From a virus (Duplodnaviria; Caudoviricetes), in the IMG/VR virus record IMGVR_UViG_3300047554_000854, positions 1 to 53,918 of that record: a stretch of DNA of 53,918 nucleotides. The stretch is one strand, 5' to 3'. Position 1 is the first letter of the stretch, and every line of letters begins with the position of its first letter. Positions 36,392-45,090 of this stretch are shown here, piece after piece. The notes beneath the pieces are model-generated. The model was given only the letters and a program-made list of their open reading frames with translations, searched no databases and was not told the DNA's origin. The translations under genes were made by a program, and so were the position numbers.

Positions 36392-36603
36392 TCATTTGCT
36401 TCCTAATGACTTGACTAGTCATCACTAATCATTTGCTTCCTAATGAAAGTCATTTGCTTCCTAACGAAAGTCATTTGTATCCTAATGATTAGTGGCGAGT
36501 GAAAAAACGAATACTAATCGTTCGTATCCAAACGATAATCGTTCGTATCCAAACGAAAACTAGGTCATTCGTATCCAAACGAAAGTCATTCGTATCCTAA
36601 TGA
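36392..36603. repeat. Eight 18-bp iteron-like repeats TCRTTYGYWTCCWAAYGA around a box A copy
   Basis: Starts at 36392,36429,36450,36471,36518,36539,36565,36586. Confidence 0.85.
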
Positions 36604-36732
36604 CCCCGACCCCGAAACAAATCGGCCGAAGTGCTCGTAGAGACGGAGCCGTCTCACCCGTCAAAAGCAGTTGACGTTAAGGTATCAATTTTTTAGCACA
36701 GTAGAGCCGCTATCCGTGCTAGTATGTACCTT

Positions 36733-37236
36733 ATGGAGAGAAGACCCGCAAGGAAACAGCCCCTTCCACCAAAGGAAGCCGCTTACCTAAATACCCTCAA
36801 CCAGGACGACCTCATGGCTCGCGCCTACGAACTTTACAATGCAGGCTGGACGCTGCAGGCCATTGGGGATGCGCTTGAGCCGCCACGCCCACGCTCAACT
36901 GTGCGTTCCTGGCTGCTGCGTTATCAGCTTCCCGTAGACGCAAGTAAGCCCAGCAAAATCCCGTCACCTCTCTATAAGACTCACCAGGATGGCTACCAGA
37001 AGAAGAAGCACTCCCCAGGTATCCAGCCAGACGAGTTGGCTCTTATTCAGGAACTTGCTCCGCTTGCCCGCACCTATCGAGCCAAGATGTCTACGAACTC
37101 GACTGCAGCTGTGGCAAACGACCAGCTGACTGCTATCTGCGTCCGCCTACACGCTACTGGCGTCACCACATCCGAACTTGCAAAAGCCGCTGGAGTGACG
37201 TATCGTGCTATGGTGAAGCGTCTAGGAAAACGCTAG
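36733..37236 (+). CDS. Double-HTH DNA-binding protein, paralog of 39107 (alternative start 36724)
   Basis: GWTLQAIGDA...RSTVRSW and GVTTSELAKAAGVTYRAM. Confidence 0.75.
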   Translation: MERRPARKQPLPPKEAAYLNTLNQDDLMARAYELYNAGWTLQAIGDALEPPRPRSTVRSWLLRYQLPVDASKPSKIPSPLYKTHQDGYQKKKHSPGIQPDELALIQELAPLARTYRAKMSTNSTAAVANDQLTAICVRLHATGVTTSELAKAAGVTYRAMVKRLGKR

Positions 37237-37406
37237 ATTTGACACAAACCCCGTGAGGGTGTGCTAGGCTTTTAAGTGGAGAGCATATCGACCACTAAAA
37301 GGTAGGTATGCTCTTTCGCATAACCAACACAACTGAAAAGTGAAAGCAACAAGTCAACCAAGACAAAACGCGACCAAGTACTAACGCAAGGAAAGGTAGG
37401 TCGAAT

Positions 37407-38033
37407 ATGAAATGGCTAATTGGAATAGTCACCGCATCGGTGGTAATGCTTCCAGGGTGTGTAACCCCGACAGCATCTGCCGCTAATGTTCAGTTTGTAG
37501 TTGCCAAAGAGAAGGCTCCGAAAAATATTCAGAGCTTTGTCTTTGGAGGTGAGACAGTTACAAACGACTCGTATGTTGTCTCAGCTGAGATTGCAAAGGC
37601 AAGAATGCTAAAGCAAGCAAAGCTGACCAGCAACGCCAAGAGAGTAAGTAAAGCTGTAAAGGCTCTACTGAACTCTCAGAGAAAGCACCGAACATGGTAT
37701 GCCTTCTCAGGTTCTAGCCCACGAGGCTGGGACTGCTCAGGATTGGTCCTCTGGACCTACCAGCAGATTGGCGTAGAGTTGCCCCACAGGGCATCTGAGC
37801 AAGGCGAACTTGGTAGAAAGGTCAACACCAAAAATGGTGAGAAGCCTAAATACGGAGACATCGTCGTGTTCAAATACAAAGGTTCTTCTTCGGCGTACCA
37901 CGTCGGAATCTACCTGAGTAAGGATAAGATGATGCACGCTCCTCGACCAGGGTCTAGCACCAGGGTTGAGTCCATCAGAACTTTTGGTGGAAACTACAGC
38001 AAAGTGTCGTACATCCGAGTTCTAGAGAACTGA
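37407..38033 (+). CDS. Secreted NlpC/P60 cell-wall peptidase
   Basis: Hydrophobic N-terminus; WDCSGLV, GDIVVF, HVGIY, MMHAP. Confidence 0.9.
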   Translation: MKWLIGIVTASVVMLPGCVTPTASAANVQFVVAKEKAPKNIQSFVFGGETVTNDSYVVSAEIAKARMLKQAKLTSNAKRVSKAVKALLNSQRKHRTWYAFSGSSPRGWDCSGLVLWTYQQIGVELPHRASEQGELGRKVNTKNGEKPKYGDIVVFKYKGSSSAYHVGIYLSKDKMMHAPRPGSSTRVESIRTFGGNYSKVSYIRVLEN

Positions 38034-38123
38034 CGAATACGCAACTAAACAAAGTCCTGGGCCATGACTAAAAACTGGCCCACTTTCTTGCACATTGCTA
38101 ACTTTACCCTGTAGGATGTAAAC

Positions 38124-38390
38124 ATGACAGAATACACATGGGCTCTCGTAGCCGCACTTATTGCAACCACCGTTGGCGTCTCTCTAGTCGCCATCCGACA
38201 GACCAAGCGTCTAGTCGCCCTTAAGAAAGAGAAAGCACACTCGGACGCACTAGCTCGCCTAGCCGAGAAAGAGCTTGCTCTAGCAAAGCACCGCGAAGCA
38301 GCCAAGAAGGCTCTGAACGACACTAAGCAGAAGCCAAAGCAGGCACCTCTCCTTGGCGTAGTCGAACCTAAGAAGAAAGGCACCAAGTAA
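38124..38390 (+). CDS. Membrane-anchored basic protein
   Basis: N-terminal hydrophobic segment, Lys-rich tail. Confidence 0.7.
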   Translation: MTEYTWALVAALIATTVGVSLVAIRQTKRLVALKKEKAHSDALARLAEKELALAKHREAAKKALNDTKQKPKQAPLLGVVEPKKKGTK

Positions 38391-38554
38391 TGACCCGCTT
38401 CATCACCTTCCTACGTTCCCTCATCTGGACCTCGGTCTTCTCGGTCGCAGCGGTTCTAGTAGCAACACTACTTGCGCTGACCAACTTCAACCCAACCGTT
38501 CCAATCACGTTAGCCATCTCAGCAGTAGCTCTGGCTATTCTTTCTAAGGACTAA
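38390..38554 (+). CDS. Small two-TM protein (not in ORF track)
   Basis: TAATG coupling, hydrophobic, 54 aa. Confidence 0.65.
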   Translation: MTRFITFLRSLIWTSVFSVAAVLVATLLALTNFNPTVPITLAISAVALAILSKD

Positions 38555-38558
38555 CCCC

Positions 38559-38723
38559 ATGCTTGACGCATTGCTAACAACGGCTACCTGGATTGGACTT
38601 ACAGTCTTAGGTACGGCTGTCATCTTCATTCTTGCGATGGTTGCCGCCTTTGTTGCCACCATCTTTGGTGCAGACAAAGCCGATGGATTCGACTTCTACA
38701 AAGGAGACCTAGACGATGACTAG
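38559..38723 (+). CDS. Small membrane protein (not in ORF track)
   Basis: AAGGA RBS, hydrophobic with acidic tail, 54 aa. Confidence 0.65.
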   Translation: MLDALLTTATWIGLTVLGTAVIFILAMVAAFVATIFGADKADGFDFYKGDLDDD

Positions 38724-38985
38724 TTCTATCAACTTGATTGTCCACAGCGCGGAAGAGTTCCGAGCAGCTCTGCCAGAAAGCGGATTGTTCGACATGTACG
38801 ACTGCGCGATGCAGATGGAAGTTCCGACAGACGCTCCTGTTCAGGAAATTGAAGAAATGACCAAGACTCTGCAGTCTTTCATTCACGTAACTGACGTTGA
38901 GGTCATTCCAGTTCCAGACAGCCTCGGTCAGTATTACATCTCGATTGTGGAGACTCCATTTTCAAAGAGAAAACCTAAATCCTAG
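38716..38985 (+). CDS. Hypothetical protein
   Basis: AAAGGAG RBS. Confidence 0.7.
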   Translation: MTSSINLIVHSAEEFRAALPESGLFDMYDCAMQMEVPTDAPVQEIEEMTKTLQSFIHVTDVEVIPVPDSLGQYYISIVETPFSKRKPKS

Positions 38986-39106
38986 AACGACCCCTTTTCG
39001 AAAAATCCGAAAAAAATTTTTTCAAAAAATTTCGTTCCAGACTTGCGCTTAGCAAATCTACCTCATACACTGGAAACATAACGACGCCCTACAAGGAGAA
39101 AAAGAC

Positions 39107-39658
39107 ATGCCTACCCCATACATCAAGAAGCACCAGGTTCTACCTCAGAACGTTAAGGAAGCCTTCAGCTCAATTCTTGACACCGAGACTAGAGACGAAT
39201 ACATCCGCTCACTACGCAAGGCAGACTGGACTCTAGAATCCATCGCTGCAGCTGCGGAACTTACTCGCGAGCGTGTTCGCCAGATTAGCCTCAGCCCGTC
39301 AACCTCGGAACTACCTGAAGACTTCAGCGTTCCAACCCCACCGCTAAAGCCAGAGCGTCCAAAGCCTGTTTACATCGAGCCAAGCCCAGAGACTCTAGCC
39401 CGACTACTCGAGCTACAGCCTTACGCTCAGCAGGTCCGCTCTAACGGAACCAAGTACCGCGCCGAGGCAGAAGAGTACACAGCACTGCTCAACCACGCTC
39501 ACGTCAACGAGGGTGTAACTCTGTACCGCCTAGCAAAGCGTCTCGGTGTTACTCACGGTGCTCTACGCTTCCGCCTTGTACGCTACGGCTACAAGACTCC
39601 AGTAAACGCAACCTCTAAGGTTTACACCCGCATTCTTGACGAGAACCGAGCACGATAA
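39107..39658 (+). CDS. Double-HTH DNA-binding protein, paralog of 36733
   Basis: WTLESIAAAAELTRERVRQI and GVTLYRLAKRLGVTHGAL. Confidence 0.8.
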   Translation: MPTPYIKKHQVLPQNVKEAFSSILDTETRDEYIRSLRKADWTLESIAAAAELTRERVRQISLSPSTSELPEDFSVPTPPLKPERPKPVYIEPSPETLARLLELQPYAQQVRSNGTKYRAEAEEYTALLNHAHVNEGVTLYRLAKRLGVTHGALRFRLVRYGYKTPVNATSKVYTRILDENRAR

Positions 39659-39921
39659 TGAGCGAAGAACTTACTACTCAAGAAGCCCGCGAAAAGGGTA
39701 TCGGCTACAACTTCACAGTCAAGGACCAGGCAGACGGCTACCGCAAGGATGACACGTTGTGGTTTGGAACCTGCACTTCCTGCGGAGAACGTGTTGTTAA
39801 CTCGCTCCGCGACGGCAAGTGGATGCACGAAGAAATCATTGAAGCCGAATACCACCCAGATGGTCAGCTCTTCACAAAGAAGACTCGCCAGCTAGATTAC
39901 TGCCCAACATCGGAGGTGTAA
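39658..39921 (+). CDS. Hypothetical protein
   Basis: TAATG coupling, CTSC. Confidence 0.7.
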   Translation: MSEELTTQEAREKGIGYNFTVKDQADGYRKDDTLWFGTCTSCGERVVNSLRDGKWMHEEIIEAEYHPDGQLFTKKTRQLDYCPTSEV

Positions 39922-39956
39922 ATCTACGTCCTACAAAAGAGGACTAGAATATACCT

Positions 39957-41345
39957 ATGGGTAAATCAATCATGGAGCAGCTTGCTCTCCTCTCGCCAGA
40001 AGAGCAGGCTGAAGCTCTACGCGGTATGGACCCAGACCAACTCCTGTGGGACTGGTCTGTATGGGGTCGCCCAGAACAACAGGCTCCCGAAGGTGACTGG
40101 AACGTATGGCTCGTACTTGCGGGTCGTGGTTTTGGTAAAACCCGTCTTGCATCTGAGTGGGTTCGCGAACAAGCTAAATACACAAATACGGGCCAACGCC
40201 GTTTCGGTCTAGTTGCCCGTACCGCTGGTGACGTGCGTGACGTTATCGTTGAAGGTGAATCTGGAATCCTTAACGTTACGCCTCCTAGCGAGCGTCCGCT
40301 CTACGAGCCGTCTAAGCGACGCCTAACCTGGCCCAACGGAAACGTAGCCTCTCTCTTTACCGCTGACGAGCCTGACTCGCTCCGTGGTCCTCAGTTCACT
40401 CACGCCTGGGGCGATGAGATTGCAGCCTGGCGACAGACTCCTGACGCTGCAGGTATGACCGCGTTCGACAACTTGCGTGTTGGTACTCGTCTAGGAGCCA
40501 ACCCTAAAATTCTTGTTACCACCACCCCGAAACGAACTCCACTGCTTTACAAGCTCATTGAAGAGTCGAAAGGTGGTGGCGTTGCAATCACCCGTGGTTC
40601 GACCATGGACAACGCTGGTAACCTTTCTGGCGCATACCTCGACACAATGCTTGGCGTTTACGAGGGAACCTCTCTCGCCCGCCAGGAACTTTATGGTGAA
40701 ATGCTCGAGGCCATGGAAGGCGCAATGTGGACGGAAGAGCTTATCGAGCGTAGCCGTCACTCGTACATGCCTCAGAGTGCTCCGATGCGTGTAATCGGCG
40801 TTGACCCTAGCGTTGCCGAAAACCCACGAGACGAATGTGGAATTGTTGTTGTTGGCTCGACTTCGGAGTACGACCTCTACAAGCGTCAAGCCTGGGTTTT
40901 GGAGGACGCATCGGTTCTCGGCTCGCCAGACGTTTGGGCACGCAAAGTTGTTGAGATGGCTCGTAAGTGGGGTTGCCCTGTTGTAGCCGAAGTAAACCAG
41001 GGTGGAGCCTTGGTTCGAAACGCCATCAACACAATCGACCCAACCATCAAGGTTCTTGAAGTCCACTCAAAGCAGGGTAAGCAGCTCCGCGCTGAGCCAA
41101 TCACCATGGCATATGAGCAAGACCGCGTTCACCACGTTGGAAAGAGCATGGTTGACCTCGAAACTCAGATGATTACGTGGATTCCAGGCGAGGGAAAGTC
41201 TCCAGACCGCGTCGACGCACTGGTTCACGCCCTCACTGCACTACTTATTAAGCCTCCAGCAGGCTTCTCGGGCGGAAAAATCCGTGCTAGAAGCCTTGCT
41301 GCACGCCGTTTACCAGGTTCTAGCTCAACTTTTAGGGTTCGATAG
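39957..41345 (+). CDS. terL: Terminase large subunit
   Basis: AGRGFGKT Walker A, LRGPQF..AWGDE Walker B, TTTP coupling motif, IGVDP and SPDRVDALV nuclease motifs. Confidence 0.95.
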   Translation: MGKSIMEQLALLSPEEQAEALRGMDPDQLLWDWSVWGRPEQQAPEGDWNVWLVLAGRGFGKTRLASEWVREQAKYTNTGQRRFGLVARTAGDVRDVIVEGESGILNVTPPSERPLYEPSKRRLTWPNGNVASLFTADEPDSLRGPQFTHAWGDEIAAWRQTPDAAGMTAFDNLRVGTRLGANPKILVTTTPKRTPLLYKLIEESKGGGVAITRGSTMDNAGNLSGAYLDTMLGVYEGTSLARQELYGEMLEAMEGAMWTEELIERSRHSYMPQSAPMRVIGVDPSVAENPRDECGIVVVGSTSEYDLYKRQAWVLEDASVLGSPDVWARKVVEMARKWGCPVVAEVNQGGALVRNAINTIDPTIKVLEVHSKQGKQLRAEPITMAYEQDRVHHVGKSMVDLETQMITWIPGEGKSPDRVDALVHALTALLIKPPAGFSGGKIRARSLAARRLPGSSSTFRVR

Positions 41346-41346
41346 C

Positions 41347-41706
41347 ATGAAAATCATCAAAGATTTGTTTCCTTGCCACGTTGTAGCCGTTGCTGCGGGC
41401 ATTTTTGACGACCCAAGAGACATTACGAGCTACCAACCGAGCCCAGAAGGCACTTATGTTGGAAAAACACGCGTAGTTTTGACCGATGAAGCCATTGTTA
41501 TCGCTGTTGACGGGGCTACAGGCCCTGTTGTTGCCTTCCAAGAGCGTTATGTTGACTACTTTGCCGCCGAAAAAGACACCGAAGACAGCCATGTCATCAC
41601 AAAATCGGGCAAAATGATTGCTTTTAAGAAGGATACGAGCTGCGGATGTGGCTCAAGGCTCCGTTCTTGGCACGCTTACAACACTTTGACTGCGCTAGGA
41701 TACTAA
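41347..41706 (+). CDS. Hypothetical protein
   Basis: Follows terL; CGCGSRLRSW. Confidence 0.75.
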   Translation: MKIIKDLFPCHVVAVAAGIFDDPRDITSYQPSPEGTYVGKTRVVLTDEAIVIAVDGATGPVVAFQERYVDYFAAEKDTEDSHVITKSGKMIAFKKDTSCGCGSRLRSWHAYNTLTALGY

Positions 41707-41707
41707 T

Positions 41708-41995
41708 ATGCCTATCGACGCCCTAAATTTCCTAATTCTTGCGCTTGCCATCTTCAGATTGACCCGTTTGGTTACAACTGACACGATTTTTAACGAATTG
41801 CGGGAGAAAATCTGGAACAAGTTTCCTCCTAACCGAATCAACATCGGTTATTTGATTACTTGCGACTGGTGTACAAGTATTTGGGTGGCCGCTGGCTACG
41901 TTCCACTCGCTCTCCTCTTTCCACAAGTGGTTTTTGTGGTATCATTAGTTCTAGCAACCTCCGCCGTTGTTGGAATCTTAGCCGCACGATTCTAA
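41708..41995 (+). CDS. DUF1360-like membrane protein
   Basis: FRLTRLVTTDTIF..LR...LITCDWCTSIW. Confidence 0.75.
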   Translation: MPIDALNFLILALAIFRLTRLVTTDTIFNELREKIWNKFPPNRINIGYLITCDWCTSIWVAAGYVPLALLFPQVVFVVSLVLATSAVVGILAARF

Positions 41996-42028
41996 TGAGT
42001 CGTTCCGTTATCGAAGACAGGACCCACC

Positions 42029-43834
42029 TTGGGAATTTTTAAACGTGATGGTGGCAATCAGCCGCGCAAGCAATCACCTAACGGCGTTCGTGCTACCAGC
42101 CCTGGCATGAGACCTACTCAGCCTCCTGTATTTCGCGATTCTTTTGGAATTGTCTACGCTACCCCTGCTGCTTTCAACGAACCACGCCCTCTAACTGCTG
42201 CTGCAGCTCAAATTAAGATTGGCGACCAGGGCGAGGCCCTAATTTTCAAGTCTCGACGTCAATCGGCGTCTTCTGCATGGCAGAAGGAGGCTTGGGAGTA
42301 CTACGACGCGATTGGAGAAATCAAATATGCGTTTAACCTCGTTGCTTCAGTTGTATCACGTATCCGACTCTATGCTGCTAGCGTTGATGACCCAGCAGAG
42401 GCTCCTGTTACGGTACGTAAATCAGAGGTAGTCAAGCCAGAGCTTGCTGCCGCAGCTGAGCGAGCCCTTGCTCGCCTAGATAGTGCCTACGGAGGCCAGT
42501 CAGGTTTGCTCAAAGACTGTGCTCTAAACCTTCAGGTTACTGGCGAGTGCTATCTTGTTCAGGTTCCAGAGCGTATTGGCTCTGGCTTGCCTGAGTCTTG
42601 GGATATCCGCTCGACTGACGAGCTTCAGGTTGATGCCAAGGGTAACTACATCATTAACCCACGCCGCGAGGTTGGTAATGGTGGAGCCAGCATCATGTCT
42701 GGTGGTGGCGCAGAGGTCATCAGACTCCCTAAGGACGCTTTTATCGGCCGTATGTGGAAAGCACACCCACGCTACTCCCAGGAGTCTGACAGCTCGCTAC
42801 GTGGCCTCCTAGACCTATGTGCGGAGCTCTTGCTCCTCAACCGCACCTTCCGTGCGACCGCCCGCTCTCGCCTCAACGCTGGTGCTCTTTACTTGCCAGA
42901 CGGCCTCTCGGTTGCAGCTACCGCTGACCCTGACTACCCTTACGACGAAGAGGGAAACTACAACGAGCAGTACAACGCTGAAGAGGCTGCTGACGATTTC
43001 GAAGACCAGCTCATCGATGCGATGACCACTCCTATCAAGGACGAGGACTCGGCATCTGCAGTTGTTCCACTTATCATCCGTGGTCCTGCTGAACTTGGCG
43101 ACAAGATTAAGCAGTTCAAGTTTGAGCGTTCATTCGACCCTGCTCTAGCCGAGCGTTCAGAGCGTGTCCTAGAACGCATCATGCAGGGCCTAGACGTTCC
43201 TAAGGACATCGTTTCGGGTCTGGCTAACGTCAAGTACTCAAATGCCCTCCAGATTGACGAGAGCCTCTACAAGGCCCACATTGAGCCACTGATGTTGCTC
43301 ATTGCTGACGCCATCACAGTTGTCTACTTGCGCCCATACCTTATCGCCAACGGCTATCCAGAGGCAGAGGTAAACCGCCTTGTTATCTGGTACGACCCAA
43401 GCCAGGTTGCTACTCGCAACGACCGCGCTGCAGACGCAGACGCAGGCTTCAACAACATGGCGGTATCCTACGAAACTTGGAGACGTGCTCACGGCTTCTC
43501 GGACCAGGACGCTCCTACTCCTATGGAGTTGGCTCTTCGTCTTGTAATCAATAAGGGTGCTATCACCCCTGAACTTACCGAAGCAATGCTTGGTGCTGTT
43601 GCTCCAGAAATCATGGAGAAGATTAAGGGCATCCAGCAGGCTAACTCGGTAGCACCAGTTCCGCCAGAGGTCGAGGCAGCTCTCGCCCAGGCGGCTCCAA
43701 CTGGACCAATTAACCCAACCGAATCAGCGGAAGGTCAGGAAGTTACCGCACCCGAGGGACTTCTAGCTGAGCCATCTGCCGCTCCAACCGAGGCTGCTCC
43801 TCCAGGGCTAGCCGAACCAACCCCTGAAGGATAA
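42029..43834 (+). CDS. Portal protein
   Basis: Position after terL, 601 aa, WQKEAWEYYDAIGEIKYA...GECYL pattern of actinophage portals. Confidence 0.8.
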   Translation: MGIFKRDGGNQPRKQSPNGVRATSPGMRPTQPPVFRDSFGIVYATPAAFNEPRPLTAAAAQIKIGDQGEALIFKSRRQSASSAWQKEAWEYYDAIGEIKYAFNLVASVVSRIRLYAASVDDPAEAPVTVRKSEVVKPELAAAAERALARLDSAYGGQSGLLKDCALNLQVTGECYLVQVPERIGSGLPESWDIRSTDELQVDAKGNYIINPRREVGNGGASIMSGGGAEVIRLPKDAFIGRMWKAHPRYSQESDSSLRGLLDLCAELLLLNRTFRATARSRLNAGALYLPDGLSVAATADPDYPYDEEGNYNEQYNAEEAADDFEDQLIDAMTTPIKDEDSASAVVPLIIRGPAELGDKIKQFKFERSFDPALAERSERVLERIMQGLDVPKDIVSGLANVKYSNALQIDESLYKAHIEPLMLLIADAITVVYLRPYLIANGYPEAEVNRLVIWYDPSQVATRNDRAADADAGFNNMAVSYETWRRAHGFSDQDAPTPMELALRLVINKGAITPELTEAMLGAVAPEIMEKIKGIQQANSVAPVPPEVEAALAQAAPTGPINPTESAEGQEVTAPEGLLAEPSAAPTEAAPPGLAEPTPEG

Positions 43835-43836
43835 CC

Positions 43837-44319
43837 ATGCACGACCTAAACAACCCAATGGCAATGAAGGGCAGCCCAGCACTAGCTCAGTCGCTGGCTA
43901 AGTTCCTTGCGTCTACCGTTGTACTCAAGTTCACCGCTCACGGCTTCCACTGGAACGTCAAGGGCAAAGACTTCCGCGAGATGCACGACTTCTTTGGCGA
44001 CATCTACGAGGACCTAGAAGGCTCGCTAGACGCTATTGGCGAGAACATCCTTAAGCTCGGCTACGACGCACCTTACATGCTGACTGACTTCCTAGAGCTT
44101 TCGTGCATCGAGCCATGCGACCGCATCTCTGACGGCGACCACCACAAGATGCTGCAGCGTCTACACGCTGACAACCACAAGCTACTCAAGGAAGCCTTCG
44201 AGGCTTTCAAGATTGCTAGCGACTGCAACGAGCAGGGCATTGCTGACTTCCTAGCTGGACGCATTGACATGCTTCAGAAGTGGAACTGGCAGCTCTCGGC
44301 AACACTCAACATCCAGTAG
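43837..44319 (+). CDS. dps: Dps family ferritin-like DNA-protection protein
   Basis: HGFHWNVKGKDF.EMH.FF..IYE......D.IGE, QKWNWQL. Confidence 0.9.
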   Translation: MHDLNNPMAMKGSPALAQSLAKFLASTVVLKFTAHGFHWNVKGKDFREMHDFFGDIYEDLEGSLDAIGENILKLGYDAPYMLTDFLELSCIEPCDRISDGDHHKMLQRLHADNHKLLKEAFEAFKIASDCNEQGIADFLAGRIDMLQKWNWQLSATLNIQ

Positions 44320-44329
44320 AAGGTAACTC

Positions 44330-45088
44330 ATGTCTAAGTATCTCTCCGACGTCCTGAAGGCCAGTCCCGCGACTGTAGCCCAGACGTTAGCTGCACCTGC
44401 GGTAGAGGAAGAGCCAATCACTGCTAGCGGTGGTGCTGGAGCTCCTGCTGAAGTTCTAGTTGAAGGCGCTGTCAAGAAGCCTTCTAAGGGAGAGAAACTG
44501 AAAGCCCCTACTGGCAAAGACGCTCGCAAGGTTGCTTTCTCAAAGGCAGTCCAGAATGTTCTAGCCAACAAGGTCAAGGAATGCAACGTTGACGCTTTCG
44601 ATGGCCGTGAGGCTACCTACGAAATGCTCAGTGCTGTTTACCGCCGTGGAGCTGGTTCTTACTCTGCATCGGACAACGGAGCCATGAGCCGCCACGAATG
44701 GGCTATGACCCGCGTCAACGCATTTGTATCTTTGCTGCAGGGCGTAGACGGACTAAACCCAAGCTACACCGCAGACTTTGACCTACTTCCTGTAAACCAC
44801 CCTCACTCGGAGATGGTTCTCACTGCTGGAGCTGGTGAGTACAACTACGAAGACGAGTTGACTGTTCACCTTTACGACAGTGAAGAAGACTACGAGTCAC
44901 AGGAACACGCAATCTTCAGCCTGGCTGAATTCTCTGGCCTTGGCTACGAGACAATCCCCGCAATCCGAGCAGCATGGATGCGTGGAATCAAAAACAATGA
45001 AAACCCATACGAGCGTGCGGCAGTTCTTGCTTCGGCTCTCTACGACAGCCCAGACGCTGACCTGCTCCCTAAGAAAGGCATTCTCTAA
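44330..45088 (+). CDS. Head-module hypothetical protein
   Basis: VYRRGAGSY...WAMTRVNAF...D.DLLP..HP. Confidence 0.75.
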   Translation: MSKYLSDVLKASPATVAQTLAAPAVEEEPITASGGAGAPAEVLVEGAVKKPSKGEKLKAPTGKDARKVAFSKAVQNVLANKVKECNVDAFDGREATYEMLSAVYRRGAGSYSASDNGAMSRHEWAMTRVNAFVSLLQGVDGLNPSYTADFDLLPVNHPHSEMVLTAGAGEYNYEDELTVHLYDSEEDYESQEHAIFSLAEFSGLGYETIPAIRAAWMRGIKNNENPYERAAVLASALYDSPDADLLPKKGIL

Positions 45089-45090
45089 AA

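Larger units (their letters stand above)
5717..36514. repeat. Box A: 43 dispersed copies of invariant GTATTCGTTTTTTC(C), nearly all upstream of cassette promoters
   Basis: + copies start at 10070,12294,12931,14357,15032,16006,16564,16992,17861,18545,19049,19456,20051,21050,21403,21923,22716,23170,23782,24210,24502,24857,25338,26540,27582,28090,28651,29192,29586,30602,31033,31916,32366,32905,33835,35106; - copies at 5717,5742,20621,25874,26986,31440,36501; all intergenic. Confidence 0.95.

Noticed and set aside
5717-36514. Box A repeats as a CRISPR array
   Set aside because: The repeat is only 14-15 bp, the intervals are mostly hundreds to thousands of bp and contain genes, orientation is mixed, and no cas genes are present
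5717-36514. Classical integron with attC sites
   Set aside because: No integrase in the window, no attC-type paired R/L boxes, and cassettes carry their own promoters
37270-37406. c-di-AMP (ydaO) riboswitch before the NlpC/P60 gene
   Set aside because: One hairpin is present, but I could not find the conserved ydaO sequence elements
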